From: Bdellovibrionales bacterium
Lineage (GTDB): Bacteria; Bdellovibrionota; Bdellovibrionia; Bdellovibrionales; UBA1609
Direction of reading: 5' to 3'
DNA: 58,098 bases
Assembly (NCBI GenBank): GCA_050633065.1
Contig: JBOEFV010000036.1
Coordinates: 1-58,098, forward strand
A model generated the notes under the pieces. It was not told the origin of the DNA, ran no database searches, and saw only the letters and a list, made by a program, of their open reading frames with translations. Position numbers and translations under genes: made by a program. Numbering within the stretch: the first letter of the stretch is position 1; every line of letters begins with the position of its first letter. Shown one piece after another: positions 28,350 to 36,371 of this stretch.

Positions 28350-28694
28350 GTGCAAACAACAAACGAAACATTTACTACTGGTCAGCAACAACAAACACAA
28401 CATCCAAACACTGGTGACATGCTAGTTGCAAACTTAACTCAGATCAGCCTTGAAGAGCTAGTTAAGAGCAAATTAGAAATCCTTTTCCGTCAGCAAAAAG
28501 AGACTAGAGTTGAACTTAATGGTCTTTATAGCCTAGTTATGGAGCAAGTTGAAAAGCCACTTATTGAGCTTTCTTTAAAAGCTTATAACGGCAACCAAGT
28601 AAGAACTGCTCAAATGTTAGGTATCAACAGAAACACTCTTAAAAAGAAAATCGACAACTACAACATCAAGCCACGTAGACTAAGACTTAACTAA
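28350..28694 (+). CDS. fis: Fis-type nucleoid-associated DNA-binding protein
   Basis: 114 aa. The C-terminal 60 aa parallel E. coli Fis: LYSLVMEQVEKPLIELSLKAYNGNQVRTAQMLGINRNTLKKKI versus [43 protein letters not shown]. GTG start with a GAGGAG RBS 5 nt upstream. Confidence 0.75.
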   Translation: MQTTNETFTTGQQQQTQHPNTGDMLVANLTQISLEELVKSKLEILFRQQKETRVELNGLYSLVMEQVEKPLIELSLKAYNGNQVRTAQMLGINRNTLKKKIDNYNIKPRRLRLN

Positions 28695-28722
28695 TTAACA
28701 ACTAAACGCTTCTAAGGAATTA

Positions 28723-30123
28723 ATGGAAAAAATACCTCCTCATAGCTTAGAAGCAGAACAAGCAGTTTTAGGTGGGCTTATGCTCTCACCTGAAGCTTGG
28801 GATGAAGTCGCTGACCTGATAGCAGACAGCGATTTTTTTAAACCCGCTCATAAAAAAATATTTTCAACTTTAAGAGACCTTACAAAAAAGGGACAATCTA
28901 CAGATCTTATTGTTGTTTCAAATCAATTAAAAACTACTAATGAAATTAACTCTGTTGGAGGGATTCCCTACCTAACAGAAATCATCGACAACACTCCTTC
29001 TATTACTCATATTCGCGAATATGCAAATATTGTAAAAGAAAAATCTTTAGTTCGTATGATGATTAAATCAACTTTAGACATTGCAGAAACTGGTTATACC
29101 GGCGCTTTTGAAGATGTTGAAACTTTCTTTGAAAAAGCGGAATCAGAGGTTTTTAAACTTTCAAATTTAAAAACTCCGGATTCAAATTTAATGGCGTCAT
29201 CTGACTTAGTAAAACTAAGTTTGAAAAGGCTTGAAGAACTTTACGCAAACCAAGGTGCTGTAACCGGTGTTCCTACTGGTTTTACAGAGCTTGATGAAAT
29301 GCTTTCTGGCTTACAACCTGGTGAACTTTCAATTCTTGCCGCCCGTCCATCAATGGGAAAAACAGCTCTTTCTTTAAATATTGCCTGCCACGCAGCTTTT
29401 GTTGAAAAAAAATCTGTTGCTTACTTCTCGGTGGAAATGCCCAAAGAAATTCTAATGATGAGAATCTTAGGTATTGAGTCTGGTGTGAATCTATCTCAAA
29501 TCAGAACTGGTCGATTAGATGAAAAAACTTGGCCTGCTATTATAAACACTGCAGCTAAAATTGCAGATTCTAACTTATATATCGATGACACCACTGGAAT
29601 CAGTCCTTTTGAAATCAGATCAAAAGCTAGAAAGCTTATGTCCAAAGGCGGACTTGATCTTATTATGATCGATTACCTTCAGTTAATGGGAATGAGGCAG
29701 AAATTCGACTCACGTGAGCGTGAGGTTGCCGAAATCTCAAAAGGCCTAAAGGCCTTAGCTAAAGAGTTAAAGATCCCTGTCCTGGCTCTAGCGCAGTTAA
29801 ATCGTGGTGTTGAAGGCCGTGCTGACAGAAGACCAATGCTTTCAGATCTTCGTGAATCTGGATCAATAGAGCAGGATGCCGATGTGATCATGATGATCTT
29901 TAGAGAAGATTATTATGAAAAAGAGAACCCTACAGGTGCTGCAGAAGTAATCGTAGGTAAACAAAGAAACGGGCCAACAGGTACAGTTCCCCTTCGCTGG
30001 GATCCACATACAGGTAGGTTCTTAAACAACTCAGCCTCTAACCTTGGCCCTGAACCTCCTATGCAGGCATATGAAGAAGAAGACTTAGACAGGGCTCCAA
30101 AGAACTGGGCTCCTGGGTCCTAG
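28723..30123 (+). CDS. dnaB: Replicative DNA helicase DnaB
   Basis: 466 aa. IPPHSLEAEQAVLGGLM start. Walker A ARPSMGKTAL. SGSIEQDADV block. Confidence 0.95.
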   Translation: MEKIPPHSLEAEQAVLGGLMLSPEAWDEVADLIADSDFFKPAHKKIFSTLRDLTKKGQSTDLIVVSNQLKTTNEINSVGGIPYLTEIIDNTPSITHIREYANIVKEKSLVRMMIKSTLDIAETGYTGAFEDVETFFEKAESEVFKLSNLKTPDSNLMASSDLVKLSLKRLEELYANQGAVTGVPTGFTELDEMLSGLQPGELSILAARPSMGKTALSLNIACHAAFVEKKSVAYFSVEMPKEILMMRILGIESGVNLSQIRTGRLDEKTWPAIINTAAKIADSNLYIDDTTGISPFEIRSKARKLMSKGGLDLIMIDYLQLMGMRQKFDSREREVAEISKGLKALAKELKIPVLALAQLNRGVEGRADRRPMLSDLRESGSIEQDADVIMMIFREDYYEKENPTGAAEVIVGKQRNGPTGTVPLRWDPHTGRFLNNSASNLGPEPPMQAYEEEDLDRAPKNWAPGS

Positions 30124-30191
30124 ACCATACAAGTCTAGGTTTATAATCTGCCATTTGACCAATATAAAGCTCATGCGATCTGATTGAGTTT

Positions 30192-30401
30192 ATGAGCGAA
30201 TCTAATACTTTTGAATCTAATACTACTGCAGCTGAGGGATACGACCTAATTGGGAAAGTCGCTCTAGAAACTAAACTTCCTGAAGATGAAATGATTAGGT
30301 TTTTAGTGGATATAATCAAACTGGATAACATCGATCCCAAAACCCTTAGCTTAGAACAGCTAAGGGAAGTAATCCTAAATTATTTAAACAAACTTAATTA
30401 G
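30192..30401 (+). CDS. Small acidic hypothetical protein (69 aa)
   Basis: ORF only. Its 3' end overlaps the rplI 3' end by 8 nt (convergent). No motif recognised. Confidence 0.35.
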   Translation: MSESNTFESNTTAAEGYDLIGKVALETKLPEDEMIRFLVDIIKLDNIDPKTLSLEQLREVILNYLNKLN

Positions 30402-30852
30402 TTTCTTTAACTTTTCTTTCAACAGCAACTGTAATTTCTGCTTCAAGATCTTTTCCTAAAACAACTTTAGCTTTGTGTTGCCCTAAAACCTTAATAACGT
30501 CTTCTAAAACAACGTCTCTTTTGTCTACTGCAAAGCCTGCTTCTTCAAGTTTTCTAGAGATGTCTAAAGCACCAATAGACCCGAATAACTGCTCATCTTC
30601 AGCCGCTTCAACTTGAAATTGAACCGTTTCACCTTGAATTTTTGCAAGAACTTCTTTTCTTCCTTCTACAGCCTTAGCTTGTTTAGCTTCAGCAACTAAT
30701 TGAAGATGCTTAAACTCTTTAACTCTTTTTTCTGTAGCTTCAGAAGCCATTCTTCTTGGGAATAAAAAATTTCTAGCAAAACCAGGTTTAACCTGAACCA
30801 TTTCACCAATTTTTCCTAAATTTTTAACGTCTTGATTTAATATAACTTTCAT
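30394..30852 (-). CDS. rplI: 50S ribosomal protein L9
   Basis: 152 aa. MKVILNQDVKNLGKIGEMVQVKPGFARNFLFP is the canonical L9 N-terminus. Confidence 0.9.
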   Translation of the reverse strand: MKVILNQDVKNLGKIGEMVQVKPGFARNFLFPRRMASEATEKRVKEFKHLQLVAEAKQAKAVEGRKEVLAKIQGETVQFQVEAAEDEQLFGSIGALDISRKLEEAGFAVDKRDVVLEDVIKVLGQHKAKVVLGKDLEAEITVAVERKVKETN

Positions 30853-30866
30853 CTCAAATACCTCTC

Positions 30867-31355
30867 TTAAGATCTCTCACGGTTATCTCTACCGCCATCT
30901 CTGTCACGACCTCTTCCTGGTCCTCTTTGTGTACGAGCAGCTCTCTTCTTCTGCATTCTAAGCTCAGCTTCTTGTTGTCTTTCAGTAGACTCTTTTAAGA
31001 TTTGCTTAAAGTTTTCAGCATGCTTTTCAACAGTTTGATTTTCATCAAGCTTTGAGTGCATGCATCTAAGAACTTTTTCATTAATCTTCATTGTTCTTTC
31101 AAGCTCAACGATCACGTCTGGTCCCGCAGTGAAATAGCTGTGGAAATATGTTCCTACCTGGTGCTTTTCAATGTGGTTTGCTAAAGGGCGCTTTCCCCAA
31201 GTCTCTACTGAGTGCATTGCACCAGAGAAGCTTTCTACTATTTCTTTGTTCTTTTGAAACAATGCTTTTTGCTCTTGTTCTGAAGCAGTTGGATCCATAA
31301 TGATAATACTCTCATATGGGCGCTTAACTTCGGATTTTTTAAACTCTAATGCCAT
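30867..31355 (-). CDS. rpsF: 30S ribosomal protein S6 with an Arg/Asp/Gly-rich C-terminal extension
   Basis: 162 aa. YESIIIMDP and GKRPLANHI blocks of S6. Tail RGPGRGRDRDGGRDNRERS. AAGGAG RBS upstream. Confidence 0.9.
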   Translation of the reverse strand: MALEFKKSEVKRPYESIIIMDPTASEQEQKALFQKNKEIVESFSGAMHSVETWGKRPLANHIEKHQVGTYFHSYFTAGPDVIVELERTMKINEKVLRCMHSKLDENQTVEKHAENFKQILKESTERQQEAELRMQKKRAARTQRGPGRGRDRDGGRDNRERS

Positions 31356-31460
31356 TTCGGTCTCCTTTTGGTCATTGGCCAGAACGCTTGTTCCAGCAAG
31401 AAGTTAATTAAGAGCCAAAAGAGTTAGCATATTGATATAGCCCAAACAAGGAAAACCTTC

Positions 31461-31495
31461 ATAAAAAGCAAATGTTTCAGTTCTTTATTTGAAAC
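31461..31495 (-). terminator. Rho-independent terminator after the pilin-like gene pair
   Basis: GTTTCA (31474-31479) pairs with TGAAAC (31490-31495). On the minus strand the hairpin is followed by AUUUGCUUUUUAU. It lies directly after the stop at 31496. Confidence 0.5.
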
Positions 31496-32437
31496 TTATG
31501 GAGCATTGTTTTTAACTGTGTGCTCGTCAGCACGCTCATTACACCAAATACATATGTATCTTGGTTTTTTGCCTGCTTTATACCCAACCAAGATTCTTTT
31601 GTACGGTGCTGAGCACTGGTTTTCGTTTGTTCCTGTAGGCTTTTTTTCTAAGCATCTGTTATGCGGCTCACAGCGGTTCTCAGGTGTTGAATTAAATGGG
31701 TTCCATATACGGCCCATTTCTTCACACCTAGCCGCCCCTGTGCTAGGCCCAAAGCAAGTTACGGCTTGGCCGTTAGATTTAAGCACCACATCTTTAGCAG
31801 CTCGCTGTACTGCCTGAAACCTTATCTCTAAAATAATATCTACCCCGTATGGGCTTAACTTGCCATCATCGGCTCTTCGCTCGTTAGTTACAAACTGTGA
31901 TTCTGCATTTGAACAACCTGGCTTTTCGCAGATCTTTGCATCAATAATTAAATAATATTTTCCTGCAAGACTTGTGGTATTTGATGTTGCAAACGTATGA
32001 GGGTCACCAACCCTCCAGCCACTAATATATTTTAACCTAATATCTGTTACTTCAATGTTGCCTTGTGCATTTTTCCAGCCTTTTGTAAGGTTGATTCCCA
32101 CCCCGTTATGGTCAAAACGCAAATTTTTAGGGGCCTTCGCCTTTTTGATTTGAGTCCCTGTCAATCTTGCAGGGAATGAGTTTCCTGACCCTCTAACAAT
32201 ACCTGTTCTTGGTTTATTACAAAAACCTTGGCCTTCAACAACCTGCTTTAAACTCTCTAAAATACTCCTGTATTCAAGTTTATGAGATGATTTTGCAGAG
32301 AACTTTTGGCTACTTAAAAGGTAGTTTTGCATGTTCACAATCATAAGAACAGACACTGCAGCCACAATCATCAATAAAATTAAGGCAGAGCCCTTTTGCT
32401 GCCGCCTTCTTTTTTCTTTATAAGCCAAGCTCATCAA
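31496..32437 (-). CDS. PilX-like / pseudopilin-like Cys-rich protein
   Basis: 313 aa. The N-terminus RQQKGSALILLMIVAAVSVLMIV resembles the PilX N-terminal helix. 10 Cys by my count, mostly in the C-terminal half. Confidence 0.5.
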   Translation of the reverse strand: MMSLAYKEKRRRQQKGSALILLMIVAAVSVLMIVNMQNYLLSSQKFSAKSSHKLEYRSILESLKQVVEGQGFCNKPRTGIVRGSGNSFPARLTGTQIKKAKAPKNLRFDHNGVGINLTKGWKNAQGNIEVTDIRLKYISGWRVGDPHTFATSNTTSLAGKYYLIIDAKICEKPGCSNAESQFVTNERRADDGKLSPYGVDIILEIRFQAVQRAAKDVVLKSNGQAVTCFGPSTGAARCEEMGRIWNPFNSTPENRCEPHNRCLEKKPTGTNENQCSAPYKRILVGYKAGKKPRYICIWCNERADEHTVKNNAP

Positions 32438-32442
32438 TAGAC

Positions 32443-33396
32443 CTAGTTACACTTCATACATGTGTAAAAATTCGCTGTTTGGTTATATGTGAATGTACAT
32501 TTTTTACCACATTCTAGTCCTGAGTATGCGTGCTTATCTACACCGGTATGAAATTTTGTCGAACCTGACGGACAACTTATATTTTTTGTAAAAAGATTCG
32601 TCACCCCTCCGTTAATAACCTTGGCAGGCTTGCTATTTTTAAACGTTGACCCTGCTGGGCTTAATGCTTTAATCGTTTTCCCACAATATACCCCATAAGT
32701 ATCATAGGCCAGCTGCGGAACCGACTTATCAGCAGTACACGTCCACTTAATATATGTTCCTTTGTTTTCACACATAGAGTCTGGCACACAGGCTTTTGTA
32801 CTGGCATTCCAAACCCCACTAATTGCCGTACAAGAGCTCTCCTCATCTGTTAAGTGGTTGCATGATTTGACTATTCCACCAATCGTTTTCACAGGAACCA
32901 TAAAGCGTCTTTCTGGAGAAGGCATCCAGGCTTTCCCTTTTGAGCCAGGGTCAAACCTACTTGTTTGTATAGCTACATCTACCATTTGCTCCAATGCAGC
33001 CGCACCTTCAAACATTGTTGCTACAGAATCAACTTTAGTATTGATAGTGGCTCTTATGCTATCAACGCGAACACTGTCAGATATCTTAGAACCATTTTTA
33101 ATTGTTCCTCCTCCGCCAACACCCTTAAAATTTGAAATAACGAGGTTTATACCTGATCCAATTTTTTTGTTAATTAAAGCGTCATCACAAAAGTCTTTAG
33201 TTCCTAAATACTTTGAGAGACTTGAAAGTGTATCATTCAGTTCAACTTTGTTTTCAATTTTCTTTTGTGAATTAGACATTTGTACAATGGCTGTACCCAC
33301 ACCTGCAGAAATTACACCCATAACAGAAATCGCAATAACGATCTCAATCAAAGACATTCCTCGACTATTTTTATACTCTCTTTTTGTATTTTTCAT
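32443..33396 (-). CDS. Large type IV pilin-like protein (prepilin-type N-terminal cleavage/methylation motif), Cys-rich
   Basis: 317 aa. Leader MKNTKREYKNSRG then MSLIEIVIAISVMGVISAG, with Glu at +5 after the predicted cleavage Gly. 12 Cys by my count. Confidence 0.7.
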   Translation of the reverse strand: MKNTKREYKNSRGMSLIEIVIAISVMGVISAGVGTAIVQMSNSQKKIENKVELNDTLSSLSKYLGTKDFCDDALINKKIGSGINLVISNFKGVGGGGTIKNGSKISDSVRVDSIRATINTKVDSVATMFEGAAALEQMVDVAIQTSRFDPGSKGKAWMPSPERRFMVPVKTIGGIVKSCNHLTDEESSCTAISGVWNASTKACVPDSMCENKGTYIKWTCTADKSVPQLAYDTYGVYCGKTIKALSPAGSTFKNSKPAKVINGGVTNLFTKNISCPSGSTKFHTGVDKHAYSGLECGKKCTFTYNQTANFYTCMKCN

Positions 33397-33455
33397 AATA
33401 TCAATTATAATTTAATTAAAAGGATTTTACTACAAATTAACACCCGGGAATCATT

Positions 33456-34184
33456 TTGAATCAAAAAACGCTCACTTATTCCATAACTATCGCAACACTT
33501 TTGTTGTTGCTCTTTGGCTATCTCAATTCGAAACAATCCTCTGACTTAACTACCGAAAACCCTGAACACCAGGATTCTAGCCAAGATGAAGTCTATGAGC
33601 CCCCCCAATTGATTGTAAACGAACGGCCCGCCCTTGCCCCAAGTGAACTTAAAACTACTCTTACTCCTGAAGAAGAGCTTGCATCTCTTGAAGAACTGCC
33701 TTTTCATAGTAGACAAAGGTCTAAAGAAAATATCAAAAAATTTTCTAAATTAGCATATCTAGACACTCCAAATTTAGAAGACTTTATGATGGAGGACTTC
33801 TCTCAAGATGAGGTGGCCGTTCTATCTGGTAAAAATGTTTCAGGAGAGGTTTTAACACTCTTGGCTTCCAAGCTCGAACTAAACCCTGAAAACTTAAATT
33901 TTTTACTTAAAAGCAATCCTGAACTTTTTCCTGCCCATAATCAAAATATTTTAGAAGGCGAATTCAAACCTGTACTTAATAACAAGGACCCTTTAAACGG
34001 AATGAAAGACATTACAGTTTTTACCAAAGAGGTTAATGGCTCTTTTTATGTCGCAGCCCATGCCCCGCGAGAAGACGGACAAGGAACTTACGGGTTTATA
34101 TTTGAAGGTGAAAAAAATAACATCGAGGCCAACTACGATTACTTAGAAAACTTTTTCTTGCAATTTAAAGCCCGCAAAGACTAA
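33456..34184 (+). CDS. N-terminally anchored or secreted hypothetical protein
   Basis: 242 aa. TTG start with no in-frame ATG before the hydrophobic segment ITIATLLLLLFGYL. First gene of a coupled operon. Confidence 0.45.
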   Translation: MNQKTLTYSITIATLLLLLFGYLNSKQSSDLTTENPEHQDSSQDEVYEPPQLIVNERPALAPSELKTTLTPEEELASLEELPFHSRQRSKENIKKFSKLAYLDTPNLEDFMMEDFSQDEVAVLSGKNVSGEVLTLLASKLELNPENLNFLLKSNPELFPAHNQNILEGEFKPVLNNKDPLNGMKDITVFTKEVNGSFYVAAHAPREDGQGTYGFIFEGEKNNIEANYDYLENFFLQFKARKD

Positions 34185-34834
34185 TGCTCAAGATCCTGCC
34201 TTTTACATTAGCCCTAATAAGTATTATATACGAGTTTGCTCTTGCACAGCTTATATCCACTTTTCATGGAAGTACTTTTACTGTTTATGCTATTTGTGTA
34301 GGGATCTTCACTTGTTCTCTCGGTTTTGGCTCACTTGCTTTTAATCATATCAAAAGTAAAGCTCCCTCCTCTCTACTACTCCTTGCCGAGACTCTCCTCT
34401 CTGTCTCTGCACTTCTTGCTCCGTTTATAATTGTTATTGGCACCGCTTTGCCCCTTCCACCATATCTCAAATACTTCTTTGTTTACTCAACAGTTTTTTT
34501 CACAGGTTTTCTCTCCGGCATAGAGTTGCCATGCCTTCTAGGACTAGATATAAAGAAAAAGGAAGCTATTCTTTTTTGGGATTACCTTGGAATGTTCATA
34601 GGCTCCTTACTCTTTGGCCTATACGCCCTTGAACTGTTTGGCCCAATAACTCTTTTATGGATACTTAGCTCCTTAAACTGTGTAGCCGCAATTTTCTTCT
34701 CCCATTCAAAGCATTGCCCAACAAAGTCTTTCTCCACACAAGCACTTCTCCTCTCTATCTTAATCTTAAATCAAGTATGTATCCTCAATGAATCAAAAAT
34801 CACTACTTGGTTTGGAGGGCTGTATGGTTTTTAG
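34184..34834 (+). CDS. Polytopic membrane protein paralogous to the membrane module of the next gene
   Basis: 216 aa with about 6 helices. It opens with SIIYEFALAQLIST, the same motif type as SLFYELIFAKTLT in the next ORF. Start shares TAATG with the upstream stop. Confidence 0.5.
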   Translation: MLKILPFTLALISIIYEFALAQLISTFHGSTFTVYAICVGIFTCSLGFGSLAFNHIKSKAPSSLLLLAETLLSVSALLAPFIIVIGTALPLPPYLKYFFVYSTVFFTGFLSGIELPCLLGLDIKKKEAILFWDYLGMFIGSLLFGLYALELFGPITLLWILSSLNCVAAIFFSHSKHCPTKSFSTQALLLSILILNQVCILNESKITTWFGGLYGF

Positions 34835-36371
34835 AGTTCTTGCACTATCCTTCATCTTAGCTTTTTGCAGTTTGTTCTATGAATTAATATTTGCAAAAAC
34901 CCTAACCCTTGCGACAAGTAATTTTATTTTGGCGCAAACTGCAGCGCTTGGCTTTTATTTCTTGGGCATTGGTGTTGGGTCATCTAAAAAAATCGACCCC
35001 TCAAAACCACTGTCCTTTTTACACACTGAGTATGTGCTCTCATTCTTGGGCTGCATCTCACCGGCATTAATTTACTTTATATATTTTATCTTTCACCTCT
35101 ACATGCCCAGTTCAACTCACATCATTATTTTACCAACTCTCCTCCTCATCCCATTTGTTGTTGGAATTTTTACCGGAAAAGAGTTCTTGCACCTGCTAAA
35201 CTTTGGTGAAAAACATGGTGTAAGCGCCAGCTTAGTTCTTGCCGCAACTTATTTTGGAAACCTTGTCGCAGGCTTTGCTTTTCCACTCTTTATCTACCAA
35301 AGTGCTGGAGTCGTCGGCTCTTCTTATTTTGCCGCAGCCCTCAATCTTATGGTCGCAATATTTCTCGCTATAGAAGTCAAAAAACATACTCAACTTTTTT
35401 TAGCAATTCCAATTACGCTTTGCTTTTTCTTCTGGGGCTCTAACGCAGCAAAGGTGCAAAACGGCATTTTAAACCTTAGTTATACTAAGGTTTACACTCC
35501 TGATTTTGGAACCTCGCACCTTAAAAACATCTACGTGTACGTAAAGTCTAAAATGCCCAGTGTTAGACAACACCGAACTAAATATCAAGACATTGACATC
35601 GTTCATAAAAGTAACGGTCACTACTCTTTATTTTTAAACAGAAAGCCTCAATTTAGCTCTGACAACTATAAAGGCTATCATGCGAGTCTGGCAGAGGGTT
35701 TCTTAAACTTACATCAAAACCCTTTAGGAAACACTTTAATTTTGGGCGGGGGTGACGGTATTCTTGCGCAGTACCTTATTGAACGCGGCGCTAAACGCAT
35801 CACTCTAATTGATCTAGATCCGGCTATAACCAACCTTGCAAGAACACACCCTCTTTTCAGGAGAATTAACAAAGATTCCTTCAACAATAAGATTGTCACC
35901 GTTATTAATGGTGATGCCTTCTCTTTTCTTCTAAAGACCTCTGAAAAATATGACTCTATCCTTATCGACTTTCCTCTTCCAACTTCTCTAGAGCTTTCAA
36001 AGTTGTATTCTCGAGAGTTTTACAGCCTTGTTAAAAGGAGCCTTAAGCCAAATGGCGGAGCTCTTTTTGACTCTCCCATAAATTTCAAGTTTGATTACGA
36101 CAAAACAAAATTTAAAAGCAAAAATCAAAAAATAATATCTGCAACACTGCACGCTGCTGGGATTAAAAATCACACAGGGTTTGGTCCACATGAAAATTTT
36201 GTCTACTTCAATAAAAAAGATGAAAAAAGGCACTTCCAGTACGATCTTTTGCCAGACAGTATTTCTGGAAGAGCGCTTGTTAACTTAATTGAAAATTCTA
36301 GCTTTTTAGAAGAGGCCCCTATAGAGAAAAAGTATATTAATTCAATATTCTCTCCAAAGAGGTTTCAATGA
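34824..36371 (+). CDS. Membrane-fused spermidine-synthase-like (aminopropyl/methyltransferase fold) protein
   Basis: About 7-8 helices, then a SpeE-like domain: TLILGGGDGILAQYLIERGAKRITLIDLDP, VINGDAFSFL, YDSILIDFPLP, LKPNGGALF. The ATG at 34824 is preceded by GGAGGG. The longest ORF starts at 34788. Confidence 0.7.
   Translation: MVFRVLALSFILAFCSLFYELIFAKTLTLATSNFILAQTAALGFYFLGIGVGSSKKIDPSKPLSFLHTEYVLSFLGCISPALIYFIYFIFHLYMPSSTHIIILPTLLLIPFVVGIFTGKEFLHLLNFGEKHGVSASLVLAATYFGNLVAGFAFPLFIYQSAGVVGSSYFAAALNLMVAIFLAIEVKKHTQLFLAIPITLCFFFWGSNAAKVQNGILNLSYTKVYTPDFGTSHLKNIYVYVKSKMPSVRQHRTKYQDIDIVHKSNGHYSLFLNRKPQFSSDNYKGYHASLAEGFLNLHQNPLGNTLILGGGDGILAQYLIERGAKRITLIDLDPAITNLARTHPLFRRINKDSFNNKIVTVINGDAFSFLLKTSEKYDSILIDFPLPTSLELSKLYSREFYSLVKRSLKPNGGALFDSPINFKFDYDKTKFKSKNQKIISATLHAAGIKNHTGFGPHENFVYFNKKDEKRHFQYDLLPDSISGRALVNLIENSSFLEEAPIEKKYINSIFSPKRFQ

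Noticed and set aside
28723-30123. An intein or insertion in dnaB.
   Set aside because: The length (466 aa) and contiguous Walker A/B and SGSIEQDAD blocks are those of an uninterrupted DnaB.
32762-33415. A 217-aa ORF on the plus strand, unusually long for an AT-rich genome, lying antisense to the pilin-like gene.
   Set aside because: The minus-strand product has a convincing prepilin N-terminal motif and a paralog next door. The plus-strand translation is low-complexity (I/S/T/P-rich) with no start context. It looks like a shadow ORF caused by codon bias.
34184-36371. Possibility that the 216-aa and 527-aa ORFs are one frameshifted gene (a pseudogene).
   Set aside because: Each begins with its own copy of the N-terminal YE-motif helix. 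The second has an ATG at 34824 preceded by GGAGGG. The overlap resembles the other translational couplings in the operon.
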